Shown in pieces: positions 9,990 to 21,238 of a stretch of 64,000 nucleotides of DNA. The number at the start of each line of letters is the position of its first letter. The stretch's first letter is position 1. Below the pieces are notes generated by a model, which worked only from the letters and a program-made list of their open reading frames with translations, was not told where the DNA came from and searched no databases. Position numbers and translations under genes: made by a program. The stretch lies in contig CM060733.1 of the NCBI GenBank assembly GCA_030704615.1, positions 49,228,001 through 49,292,000 of the forward strand, given 5' to 3'. Source of the DNA: Takakia lepidozioides (taxonomy: Eukaryota; Plantae; Bryophyta).

Positions 9990-10667
9990 CAGTGTGAGTA
10001 TGAAGTGTGTATCAGATTAATATCTATCAAGTATCAGGCTGAAGCCATGGAGTCTCTAATCTGCTCTACATTACAACTCTACTGCCTGCATTCATTAAGC
10101 ATCAACAGATCCTCCTCCTACTCCGTGCTCTCCCTCTTTCTCCTCAGAGATCCGCTCTCTGCCTCATTTTCCCCCGTGATGTCTGAAGTCATCCCCCCAG
10201 AAGTGCTCCAAGAATTGATCCATTTCCAGTCCTTGCTCCTAGCTTTATCTTCCTACCCGTTGTTCTAACTGTTTCCCTCACTAACTGTCATCCGTGAACT
10301 AACATGTTCCATTCGCATGTGTTGTTCCCCACAGTCGTTCCGTGTCCTGCTATCCGTTCCCTATGGTCATGACAGCTGTGTCAAGCTGTGACTGGCTGTG
10401 TGAAACTGTGACCGGCTGTGTCGGGCTGTGACTGGCTGTGCGACTGTGTTTGGCTGTGTCGGGCTGTGACTGGCTGTGTGGCTGTGTCGGCTGTGCCGAA
10501 CTGTGATGGGCTCTGTTGGCTGTGACGGGCTGTGTCGGACTGTGTAACTCCCTTCTAAAGTGCGCTGCTGTTACCCCTAAGGCTCCTGTTGGTCTCAGTT
10601 TGTGCAAAAATTAAGGGTACCCTACAGATCCCATATAAGTGTCTAAGTCCCAGATAGTCCTCTAACA
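9990..10667 (-). mobile_element. Partial gypsy LTR interrupted by MULE copy A
   Basis: Homologous to 20504-21205. Ends ...TCCTCTAACA followed by non-PPT flank GGCAA, so it is the outer end of a 5' or solo LTR. Confidence 0.9.
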
Positions 10668-11380
10668 GGCAATCAGACAGACTGTATGATCTGAACAACA
10701 GTGAATGACGGTACCGATAGTCACCCACTCATTGTGCAGTAAACCCTTAGCAGAGGAGTAGAAAGCAAATCACCTTTGTGATGGTCGGTAGCGACAATCC
10801 CTGTCTGGGACATTCCACTCATCTCTACGCATATCTTCAACAATCAAATGTAAGTTAGAGAAAACTTATTGGCGCCTTCTTAGGTTTTGAAATTGGATCC
10901 CCTTCTGCAGCTTTCCTCTTCCCTCTCACATCTGCTGGAATTTCTGTCTGCTCTAGGGTTTCTGGACCTTCTCCCGGTTCGGCGTTCCGCGTGCTTCCAC
11001 CTCCTTCAGTGTCCATGCGAATCATCTCTGCATCCACAGGCTGGCGCACTCTTATCGCCGATTGTGTCACAGCCGCTGCCTTAGTCTCCGTCTGCTCTTG
11101 TGAATCAGTCTCCGCGTTCACCTGCTGCCTTGGCCCTGTGTTCTCCAACAAACGACGCCTCGTCATTTGCTCTCTTGCTCTGCGTCTCTCTCTAAGGGAA
11201 GTAAAATAAAGAGACTTTCTTCTCTTTCGTATTGTAGATGGAACCCTCTCCAGCTTTACTACCACTCTCTCTCTAAGCGCGAAATGTAGAAAAACGCAGT
11301 GACTCCCGATTTCTTGCGGGATTGCCTGCGTTCTTGCTTGTCTCTAGAAGCATCGGATTCCCTCTCGCGTGACCGTTACA
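10668..11380 (-). mobile_element. Possible fragment of an unrelated LTR
   Basis: Ends in GTTACA (TGTAAC on the minus strand) with a composition change at 11380; no second copy in the window. Confidence 0.25.
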
Positions 11381-12012
11381 CATAGTCGTTCCCTTATTAG
11401 TGCACATGCCAGCAATTGGTGTACAGCTGTTCGTATTCAGTTATGGATGTCTGACGTGTGTCGCCCAAAATAAACGACGTGTTCTTTATTAGAACGGTTT
11501 CAATATTTAAAAATAACAGCGAATCCCAGAAATCTTGGCGCACAGTCTTACACAAATAAATGTAAATGAACGAGAGTTTGATGACAAATTTTGGAATATC
11601 ATACACGGTCATCCTTGTTAGCCAAACCCCACATTCGTTTCACATTTGGAACTTTCCAGGTGCGCATGATCATTGGTAGTAGTATAAAGATACATTTACT
11701 TAATCTGCAATCCCATCCTCAGATCCTGTGGCATGCTTCCAGGAAGTCGGCTTATTGGGTTTATTGATGAGGTTCTGATTAACGGTTTAACAGCTGCCGA
11801 CACTGCTCCTAGGGATACTCTGACCACTGGGTCCCACAAGAAAAGTAATTAAAATGGACGGCTGCATATCTAGAAAGAATAACATAATATGCACAGTCAT
11901 TGTCTGAGCTTCCTCCGCCATATTCTCTGCTCATTCTTCAACTGTGTTCAGGAGACATCAGTAAACCGATTACACTAGATCTGCGATAGCAAGGTATAAA
12001 CGTACGCGAGGA

Positions 12013-15000
12013 ATGAAGATGGCTTCCTCTGAAGCGGAGTTCTTCTCTGACGACAAACCAGTGCCGTTCTCCCAGGAAGTCCTTGACAATGGATTTGCAA
12101 TTGTTCTGGAACATGTCTTGGCTACCCGTTTTCAGCTGCAGAATGGCTCCATCTTTTTGGAGAAAGAGGTGTACGATCTTAAAGGGAAGTTGTTGAAATA
12201 CTCTTTCCAAAACCGTGATGAGACGGCTCATATCAGCCAGTGGAGAGTGCGTCCTGGTCGATACAGAGTACTTGGAGAGCCTCGGCGAAAGTCCCTTGGG
12301 TCATATGTGACGCCCGGGACTGCTGCTTCGGTCGTTGAAGACAAGAAGGAGGTGGTGGTGAAAAAAGAACAGACATCCTCCACTCCAATCGTTGAGCTTT
12401 CGGATTCTTTCGATGATGACATAAGTGAAATTCCAAATCCAGTCCTTCCTACTATGGTTGGAGAAGCTGATGAAGAAGAGATTTGTAGTGTCATTCCAAA
12501 ATTGCGGGCGATGGGAGGAATGGCTGGATTCAAAAGTGAGTTGTGGGGAATTGATTGGGAATCTTTGAAGCAGGTGCCTATGAAGTTCTTGCCGGAGACT
12601 TTTGATGGCGATATCCTATTCAAGCTGTCTCCTCCTCCGCGAGTTGGAGGTGTAACAATCATGATGCATGGAATGGACAAGAAACATGACGGGCACCCGT
12701 GGTGCAGAACAAAAACATCCAATATTCAGAATGATGACAAGCTTGTTTTTAGGAGGACAGTTTGCAATGGACACCTTAGGTGTGATAATTTGAATTGCAG
12801 ACACTTTCTTCAGTCTGGGGTTCATAATCAAAGCAAATGGGAGGGTCTGGCGGAAAATCCATTTCAGCCTGGGACTGCCCCTCCACCGGCAAACACTTTC
12901 GTCTGCAAATTCTTCAAACTTGTGCCATCCTGCTTGGCGCTCTGCAGAGCAAGAATGTACTATGTTGTCCACCGTTTGAAAACAATGACAAGAGCTTGTG
13001 TGCATTTTGGATTCCATAACCATCCTGTCTCGAAGGGGGATTACAGGGAGAGTGTTGAGACAGTATCGAGGTTAATTAAACAGGAATTCGGGAGAAACCC
13101 ATCCGCAACAACATCTGCAATTGCTCTTGGCGCAAGCAAGTCCTTCTTGGAAAGCCATATTTTGAGTGAAGGGGATTCTGTGGGGACTAAACTTGACGGT
13201 GCAGCATTGGACCTGGTCATGGATCATTTCTCCACTTTAAGTTCACCTAACATTCGGCATCAGATCAATGCATTGAGAATGGGCTCTGGGATCAGAGGCT
13301 ACATAGACAATATTTTGGAATTGAAACGAGTGAGCAAGTACGATTACATCCAGGACAATGTATTCCCAGGTCAAGGTGCCATCAAAGTTTTTCTTTTCAA
13401 AATGTCGACTGTTGGGGAGGGCAGTGGGGTTAGCCTCGTGAAGCGGATGCAGAAGACTGGGGACTTGCAGAACTGTTTCTTCTGTTTGATCATGTAAAAC
13501 GAGTGAAGGATTGGACGACAATGGCTTGTCATGTCTACGATCCAGTGTACCAACGAGTTATGACAATTGCAGTTTGTGACATGCAATCCGAGGATACGGA
13601 ATCCCAGAAGCTCATGAGGAATTCCCTGATACGTGTAAGGGGCTACCATGGGCTGCCATCTCCAAATTTCGCAGGTTTCATGGCGGATAGTGCTCAAGCA
13701 CATTTCAATGCTGTTCGTATTGTCTTCGGATCGGGCGACCCAAAAGTGCCTTTGCCAGGAAGAGAGCGTACATGTCTATTCCATTGGACACAATCTCTGG
13801 AAAAACATACAAAGTCGGACATCAAACCAGAGATGCAGACTCAGCACCGTAAATTGTACAAAGAGTACAAAGATGCTAGAACAATGGAGGAGGCGGACAC
13901 TTTGTTCCAGACAATTCGTGCCTGGTGGTTCTCTTTTGGAGCTGCATCACTTGAGAGTATGAGAGCATTGGAAGATTGGCTGGCGTTTTGGCACTTCCGG
14001 TATAGACAGTGGGGAGCAGCCATGCCATTGGTACGAGGCTTATATTTATTGCTTTTTCATACATTTGCTTTCCATTTTATTGTGTCCTCGCTTTCTTTAT
14101 GTTGTTTTCTGTTCACTGTTTTGAAGTGTGGTTTTGCACTTTGCAGAACATGTCCATTGAGGAAATGGCGGCATGCCATCTTGCAATTTGGCAGAAACTG
14201 TGCACAACGCATGGTTGCAGCAGTCTGGGAAACGAGGTCGGGATTTGTATGTGGCAACAACAGATGATTTGATACGTGCCTTGCAACAACAAACCCAATA
14301 CCGTGATTTCTTACGAGGTGGGGTTGGTGGCAAGGGTCCGGACAAATGGGAGTTGATGTTGCGTGCTGCAAACAGATCTGGGGATCCAATCAAGATAGCA
14401 CGGGCGGTGAGCATGTATGCCCAGGGAACGCCACTTGTTTCTAGAGTTCCACATCTTGAAGGGGAGGAGAGATTCGGCTCTTGTAAGAGGAAATTGAGCA
14501 CTCCACTTGGTTCGGATTCAGATTCCCACAGGGCAGACTGTGATAACTTCTCGAAGCCTCGTGTTCCCCTGCATGACAGCTCCATGTCCGGAACCTCCAT
14601 TGTGGAGGAACCTCCAACACGACGGCAAGCTCCAACATCAAACAGTGCCACTGACATGGTGCAGGAGAGAAACAACCCCCTTGATGTGCTTGAGTCCGCA
14701 TGCCCCGACCACGTTTGGCACATAGAACGCACAAGTGTAGGGTCTCGTGTGAAATGTACAGCGATCAGGGCAACTAATTTTGAGAAGTGCACTTCATCTA
14801 TATCCAGAGGTGGTGCCCGAACTCCTGCTTCGACTTTCACGGGCTTGATGCGTCCATACGGTCAACTAGAAGCCAAGAACCACAAGTTCTGGTTCAGCGC
14901 AGATGATTGTGCCAGATGTGTGCATGGAACTGTGCGTCCTTCCATAGTGATGAAGCCATCTCCTCCAACCGTTTGGCCCGTGAAGGTGGGAACACATCTC

Positions 15001-15520
15001 AGCTTTCAGGAGATTGAAATGCTGGCGGAGGCAGGTTTTTCCCTTGCGAGACAACCCCAACTCCATGCATGTGCTACTACTTCTGCGTCCTCCCGGGTCC
15101 CCCCGGCAAATCCTGACTTGTGGCCAACCAAACGAGATGGAAAGCTCGTTCGGCGTTTCCCTCCAACCACTGAACACTTTGGCAAAGTGGAGTCCGCAAG
15201 AATGCTCCAAGCTCGTGTTGGAAGTACCCGATCCAGGATATGGTCGGGTATTCACAATCATCACTTCCACATCTGCTGTTCATGACAGGACCTACGACAT
15301 CACGGTTTCCAATTTCCCCAATTGCACATGTCCTGATTTTGTGAATATGCTATCAACCAGTTTGGGCAAGAGAGGTAAATTCATACCCTGCAAACATTTG
15401 TATTTCATATTTTTGAAGAGGATGGTTTGCGATCCCAAACGTGACAACTTCATTCACCAGGCCACTACGAGTTTCAACGAGGTCGATACTCTTTTGCAGC
15501 GGGATACAACACATGGGTAG
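12013..15520 (+). pseudogene. MULE transposase, subfamily 2 (GCM/WRKY-like Zn domain, DDE, Cys-rich domain, SWIM); frameshifts near 13485, 14170 and 15215
   Basis: HDGHPW..CNGHLRCDNLNC..C..C..HFGFHNHP; FDHVKR, FMADSAQ, CLFH, NLAETVH; SWIM CTCPDF...CKHL; intron 14031-14146. Confidence 0.85.
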
Positions 15521-15949
15521 CATCAACTATGCAATGTGGTATGTGGACGACCATGATTTGAAATGTGTAATTCACATCAATTTGTCGGCGGTGCAATGAT
15601 ATGGCCTCCAACTATACGGAGTGAGCTCTGAGTGACAACTTTTAGGTAGTGCACATTTGTCATTGCACCGTTCGAAGTCTACATGTCTTGCTGTCGCTAT
15701 GCACTACAATCATCTTTTGAAGATGATCCTAACTCTCATTGTTATTTGAGGAGGGAGGAAGGTCTTCCCGTGGCAGCCTTTATGGCGCACACTTTGTGAG
15801 GATATTTTGTTGTCCTCGTAATTGTAAAAGTGAAACAAGCATTTGTAATTGCACAATGTTGGATGCTGCAATTGTAGGCCTCAACGCTCGTCTTGATTCT
15901 ATCTAGGCAAGATTCCCTGCATTAATTCCACGGTTATAGGCGGCGCATG

Positions 15950-16083
15950 TTAATGCTGACGTGGCAGATGACGGACAGTGCCACGTCATCATTTACCGCC
16001 ACATCAGCATGTTGACATGACGCTCACGCCACGTCACTCCTGCGTGAGCGTACGCTCGCGCGCTCACGCGCAACGCTCACACC
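15950..16083. repeat. Putative terminus of subfamily-2 MULE (GCCACGTCA motifs and GCGTGAGCG...CGCTCACGC hairpin)
   Basis: Several GCCACGTCA/TGACGTGGC copies; ends CGCTCACACC, then an abrupt switch to CACTA sequence. Confidence 0.55.
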
Positions 16084-16089
16084 ATTGCA

Positions 16090-16280
16090 TCGTTGCATGT
16101 GCCACACCATAAGCTTAGATATCTCCTTGCACTTGTACATGCGCTGCAGCCGGGGAATCAAGGGGAAATGCCGCAAGACCTTCTGTGGAACCAACGTCTT
16201 CATGCCAGGGATGTACCGAGGCGCCCCACATTTAGGGCAAGATGGTGCATCCTGTGGAGGGCCGTTCAACATTACCATTC
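16090..16280 (-). pseudogene. CACTA Tnp2/TnpD fragment
   Basis: CPKCGAPRY..KTLVPQKVLRHFPLIPRLQRMY..LMVWH, homologous to the translation of 48980-49120. Confidence 0.85.
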
Positions 16281-16728
16281 TAAGGGCGTCATCCTAAGTT
16301 ATGTCTGCGAGAAGTGAGGCGAGAGATGCACGTCACTCACCATGGGATAACCCAACAGTGGATCCCGGTCGTTGGCAAGCAAATGCAATTTGGCAGTTTC
16401 CACGAATTGGAGTCGACCCCCATGGCAGCCGTTGCAGGGACACATTATCTTTGAAATACCCAGTCTAGTTGCACGTTGTTCCTCGATTTGCCAAAGTCAT
16501 GCGTCAGTGTGGGGCACCGCAGTGCGGCGCCGGGTGTTTCTAGTTCCGGCCTCTCTCATCCCCCACGAAACGCTTATGGGTTTGGCTAGTTTTTGAAATG
16601 GGAAGTCAGCGAGTGCTCAGATGTGGGGAACCTACGTTTGTGCTTGCAGGCGTTGGAGTATTCGTATGGCGGGTCCACCTCCCCTCTATTTCTTATATGC
16701 GCTCCTTCTATTGTTTGATCAATAGATC

Positions 16729-19700
16729 ATGGTAGTCTTGTTTGAGGTCGATTACTGCGATTTGAGCGACGAGGAGGAACCCGCCATGGCACGGACACGC
16801 AAGACCTCTACACCCGACACCCCTTCACGCACTGCCTACGAGGAAGAGCGAGAGAGGCGCATAGCGGCCAACAAGGAGACGTTGGCTCAGCTGAACATTG
16901 GGAGCGTTGCGCGCAGGTGAGTAGATCACCCTTGTCCTTAGTATGCATGCTACACAGGTAGTGAGTAGGGGTTTCCCACCACATTAGCCTACTACTTTTC
17001 CCTCCCATAGGTTTCATGGTGATGGCACTTTCACAATCGCCTTTTGTTTAGGGCAAGATTCACACATGGTTTTGGAAATGTGTGCGCAACATAGCTAGGA
17101 GTGTACAACGGCCGACTAGGAGCTCCAAAGTTGTGTGGAACGGGCCTCCTCGACAAAGTGGGCACTTGAAAGAACTAGCATTACCTTCAATGGCGGAGGA
17201 AGAGCCCGAGACTCCCCAGTCGGTGGCCTCTGAGGCAGAGGAACTCGACGAGCATGATCAGGAGCTCGGTGAGGATTACAACATAGTTGACGACGACGAT
17301 TCGGAGGAGGAAATGGACGAGGACATAGAGGAGGACGAGGATGGAGATGATGTGGACAAGGTATCAGATTTGGAGAACTACATCAGTGGTGCATGTGGAC
17401 TGACCGAGCCTCCCAATGCAACGCATGCTCCGAGGGCACCAAAACGGCCAGCTCCTCTTCCACGAGAGGTAAGTGGGCATTTATTGTACTGATTTCTTAG
17501 GTTTGTGGCAGGATTTGCATCTTCTTATTTGTTTTTCCTTTTGGTCCCAACAGTTTTTTCCATTTTCCACTAGCAGGATGAAGCACCACTTTCTTGCCCT
17601 CTATACCTCATGATACAAGGGTTTATCTACTGTCTATTCCTTGGAACCCAAATCTGTTATTAAAGTCTTCTATACATTTTTCCATTTTGTGCCATGAGAA
17701 ATGCAACTCTGCAGATTGCTGACTCCCTCACAGGAGGTTCAAACTTGTGATGGCCTGTCTTAATACCCAAAAAGCGCAAAGGGGGTTGTGGGAGGGAGGG
17801 ACCTGCACAGGTAGGGGGCTGCATATTGTGGTGTCATGTTGCAACAAGAAAGAAATTGTAGTGGGAGAGGAGGAACCCCCAGGAGCACGATGGTAACCGC
17901 CTCATCAGCCAGCCATGTCCGAGAGGGGGCGCTCACGACTCTTCCTCCCCCATCTTCCTGCCCCCTCTATTGTCAAATGTTGATAATATGTGAAGCCATT
18001 ATCAGCCATTATCATATTGTACTCTCATTGATATGTACGATGGTCATCGGGGCCAGATTGTGCCTACAAGGGATTCCCCAAAGAACCCCGAAAGAGGGTC
18101 AAAACATACAAGGAGGACTTTCCCAGTGACGTTTGGCGTGTTCAATGGATCAGACCTAAATGCATTTTGGGTGCGATTTCTGCTGCATTCAGTGTATGTA
18201 TATTATAGAGCGCGTTTTTTGTTGATGTACCATACATGATGTTCATGCTTTATCTTCCTACATAACTCTTTCCCACATGTTGATTTGCAGGATCCAGTGA
18301 GAAAGAAGAAGGGAGTTGCTCCTGCAGGTGTCTTCAACCATCCCTCCCCACGTCTTCAACCAACCCCGGATGGAGGAGGCCCTCCCTCCCCCTGGCATTC
18401 AGAGGTATGCACAGTATGAACAACAGACTGCTCATGTTCCAGCCGCCCCTGAAATTCACCCGCCCTTTTCTCAGTCGTACAATGCAAACTTCCCGTCAGG
18501 GGAGAACCGGTCATGTGCAGTTCCGTGTGGGGCATTTCCGCAAACTGGGGAAGCACAACATGCTCTTGTTTAGCATGGGCACTACCACGAAGGTGTGTGG
18601 TACCCTCACCCCAACCCTCCCCCACCTGCGCATCCTCCCCAGGCAACGTATACCAGAAGCCCCATGTATAGTGCACCGTTGCATGGCCCTTATTCCAGGC
18701 AGCCCATAGCTTCACCCAATTGCAACGCTTCGCGGCCTCTTCAATTCCCAAGCTCACCAGCTCCGAGCACAGGTTATGTTCCTGCCCACCCCACACCCCA
18801 CGTTGGTGCGTGGCAGGGTTCATGTCCGCCCGAAGGGCCCCATGTTGCAGGTTGTGAGGGAGGAGAGGAGGTCCGTGATTCCAATATGACTCCAGATGCG
18901 CAACATTTGACTGGCAAGGACAAAGCCAATTTTTTGCGCAAGGCGAGGAGAGTAGCACGGAGAGGGTTGAAGGAAACGTCTTGTGCAAATGTAGCTGCTG
19001 GGCAAAAGAGATTCATAGTTGCGTGTGGCAAAAAGGGCCCATGCGGGGATGCACGGAATGACTGGCTGGCAGCCCTGCGAGGGCAATGGCAACGTGTGCT
19101 GGACTGTTCTGTGCCCATCCATCTTCAACCTCAAAGTCTGATTGACGAGGTGGGTGAACTATTAGCAGATGATTGGGAATATTTACCTCCTGGAATAACT
19201 GGCGCCCAACTTCAAACTGAGATTGGAGGCGTCATTAAATACCAGCGCATCAAACTGTTTAGAAAAGTGTACTCCCGTGGCAAACCTAAGCCCCACTATG
19301 TTGCGGACAAGACTTGGGCAGAATTAGTGAGGCATTGGAACACGCCCAAATGGCAAAAGAGTCGTGATAATGGCAAGCATGCACGGGGGCATGTTGGTGC
19401 CCCTTTGAGATCTGACGCAGTGGCCTTAGCGGCGTTGAGGAACGTCTGGTAAATCTACCTGTCTCATGACATTGCCAATATATTCAGGTAGTGAGGTGTC
19501 TTGTCATTTGTATCTTACTCTTAGAGGATGGCACTAATATCCCATATCCTGTCCATGTGTAGGCTAAGACAAGTGGTCGTCCTCCACTTCTATCCGAAAT
19601 TTTGGGGAGCAAGAATAGCAACAAGGGGTATGGTTCTGATTCAGCAGGGGCCACCCGATCTGTAAGTAACTAACCCACCTGCATTTGTTGCAATGATGTG

Positions 19701-20227
19701 CTTGTTATTTATGGTTTTGCCTTCCTGTGTTGTTGTCTAATAAATTACCTCGCATGGCTAGTGCGATAGATGTATTGAATCGTATTTGCACTCTTTTTGT
19801 GGCAGGGCCTTGGAGCATTGGCTTCTCGGCTTGATGGCTTGGAAGGATGGAAACATACAATGGAGGCCAGCTCAATGGAGCACAAATTGGAATTGCAGGT
19901 AGTGAAATCCATGTTTGTCGCTGCAGTATCTAAGACAGACAAGTTCAACATGGCATTGGCAGCGAAGCTCGGTTTGGACCTGCCGAGGGATGAATCTCCA
20001 TCAACATCAAACATTGTGTGTGAGTTGTTGCCCCCTGTTCATGGTGTTGTCCCACCTGCAACTACTGTGGAAATGACAAGTACAGGTGAGCAGCCTCCTA
20101 GCAGTGGAGGCAGTGGACAAAGGAAAGGGGGCAGTATTGTGGAAGAAGATGCCACAGGTGAGGACAAAGTTCAGAACATGGCATGTGAAAATCCTTGCCT
20201 TAATTATGGTGCCAATGATGACCTATC
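16729..20227 (+). pseudogene. CACTA TnpA/Ptta-like multi-exon gene, interrupted at 20228 by an LTR
   Basis: KPHYVADKTWAELVRHWNTPKWQKSRDNGKHAR resembles Transposase_24. 19220-20227 is near-identical to the reverse complement of 62985-64000, which lies in a CACTA-terminated element. Confidence 0.75.
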
Positions 20228-21205
20228 TGTCATGCGGCTTTTGCTCACCCATCCCTTCGCTATCCGAGGCGGAAACTCCAAGATAGAAGAGTTGGAAATC
20301 TCTAAGCACTCAGCCCGCTCAGAACAATCAGTCATGACCTACAGCTAGTGTATCACGGGGGTGTTTCCTATTTGTTTTCCTTCTCACATTCATGTTAGCT
20401 AGTTACCTTACTGTTGGTAATTAAGTATCAGTTTGCTTCAGCAATCTATCGGATCCCATCAACTCATCCATTCATTCCACAGCTTCACTCAGATCTCTCT
20501 ACACAGTGTGAGTATGAAGTATGTATCAGATTAATATCTATTGAGTATCAGGCTGAAGCCATGGAGTCTCTAATCTGCTCTACATTACAACTCTACTGCT
20601 TGCATTCATTAAGCATCAACAGATCGCCCTCCTCCTACTCTGTGCTCTCCCTCCTTCCGCTCAGAGATGCGCTCTCTCCTCCTTTCCTCCCATGATGTCC
20701 GAAGTCCCCTCTCCAAGTGATCTCTCCCCCTTCTCCCAGAATTCCCCCAAGAAGTGATCCTTTTCCCGTCCTCGCTCCTCGCTTTATCTTCCTACCCGTT
20801 GCTCTAACCGTTTCCCTCACTAACCGTCATCCGTGTACTAATATGTTCCATTCGAAGATGTTGTTCCCCCTAGTCATTCCCTGTCCTGCTATCCGTTCCC
20901 TATGGTCGTGACAGCTGTGTCAAGCTGTGACTGGCTGTGCGACTGTGTCGAGCTTTGACTGACTGTGACGGCTGTGTCTGGCTGTGTCGGCTGTGACGGG
21001 CTGTGTCGGACTGTGTCGGCTGTGTCGGCTGTGTCGGACTGTGACGAGCTGTGTTGGCTGTGACTGACTGTGACGGACTGTGTAACTCCCTTCTAAAGTG
21101 CGGTGCTGTCACCCCTAAGGCTCCTGTTGGTCTCAGTCTGTGCAAAAATTAAGGGTACCCCACAGATCCCGTATAAGTGTCTAAGTCCCAGACAATCCTC
21201 TAACA
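20228..21205 (-). repeat. 3' LTR
   Basis: TGTCATGCGG...TCCTCTAACA with adjacent polypurine tract; homologous to 30885-31870. Confidence 0.95.
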
Positions 21206-21238
21206 TTACCCCTTCCCCTCTAAAAAAAAACCGTGTCC

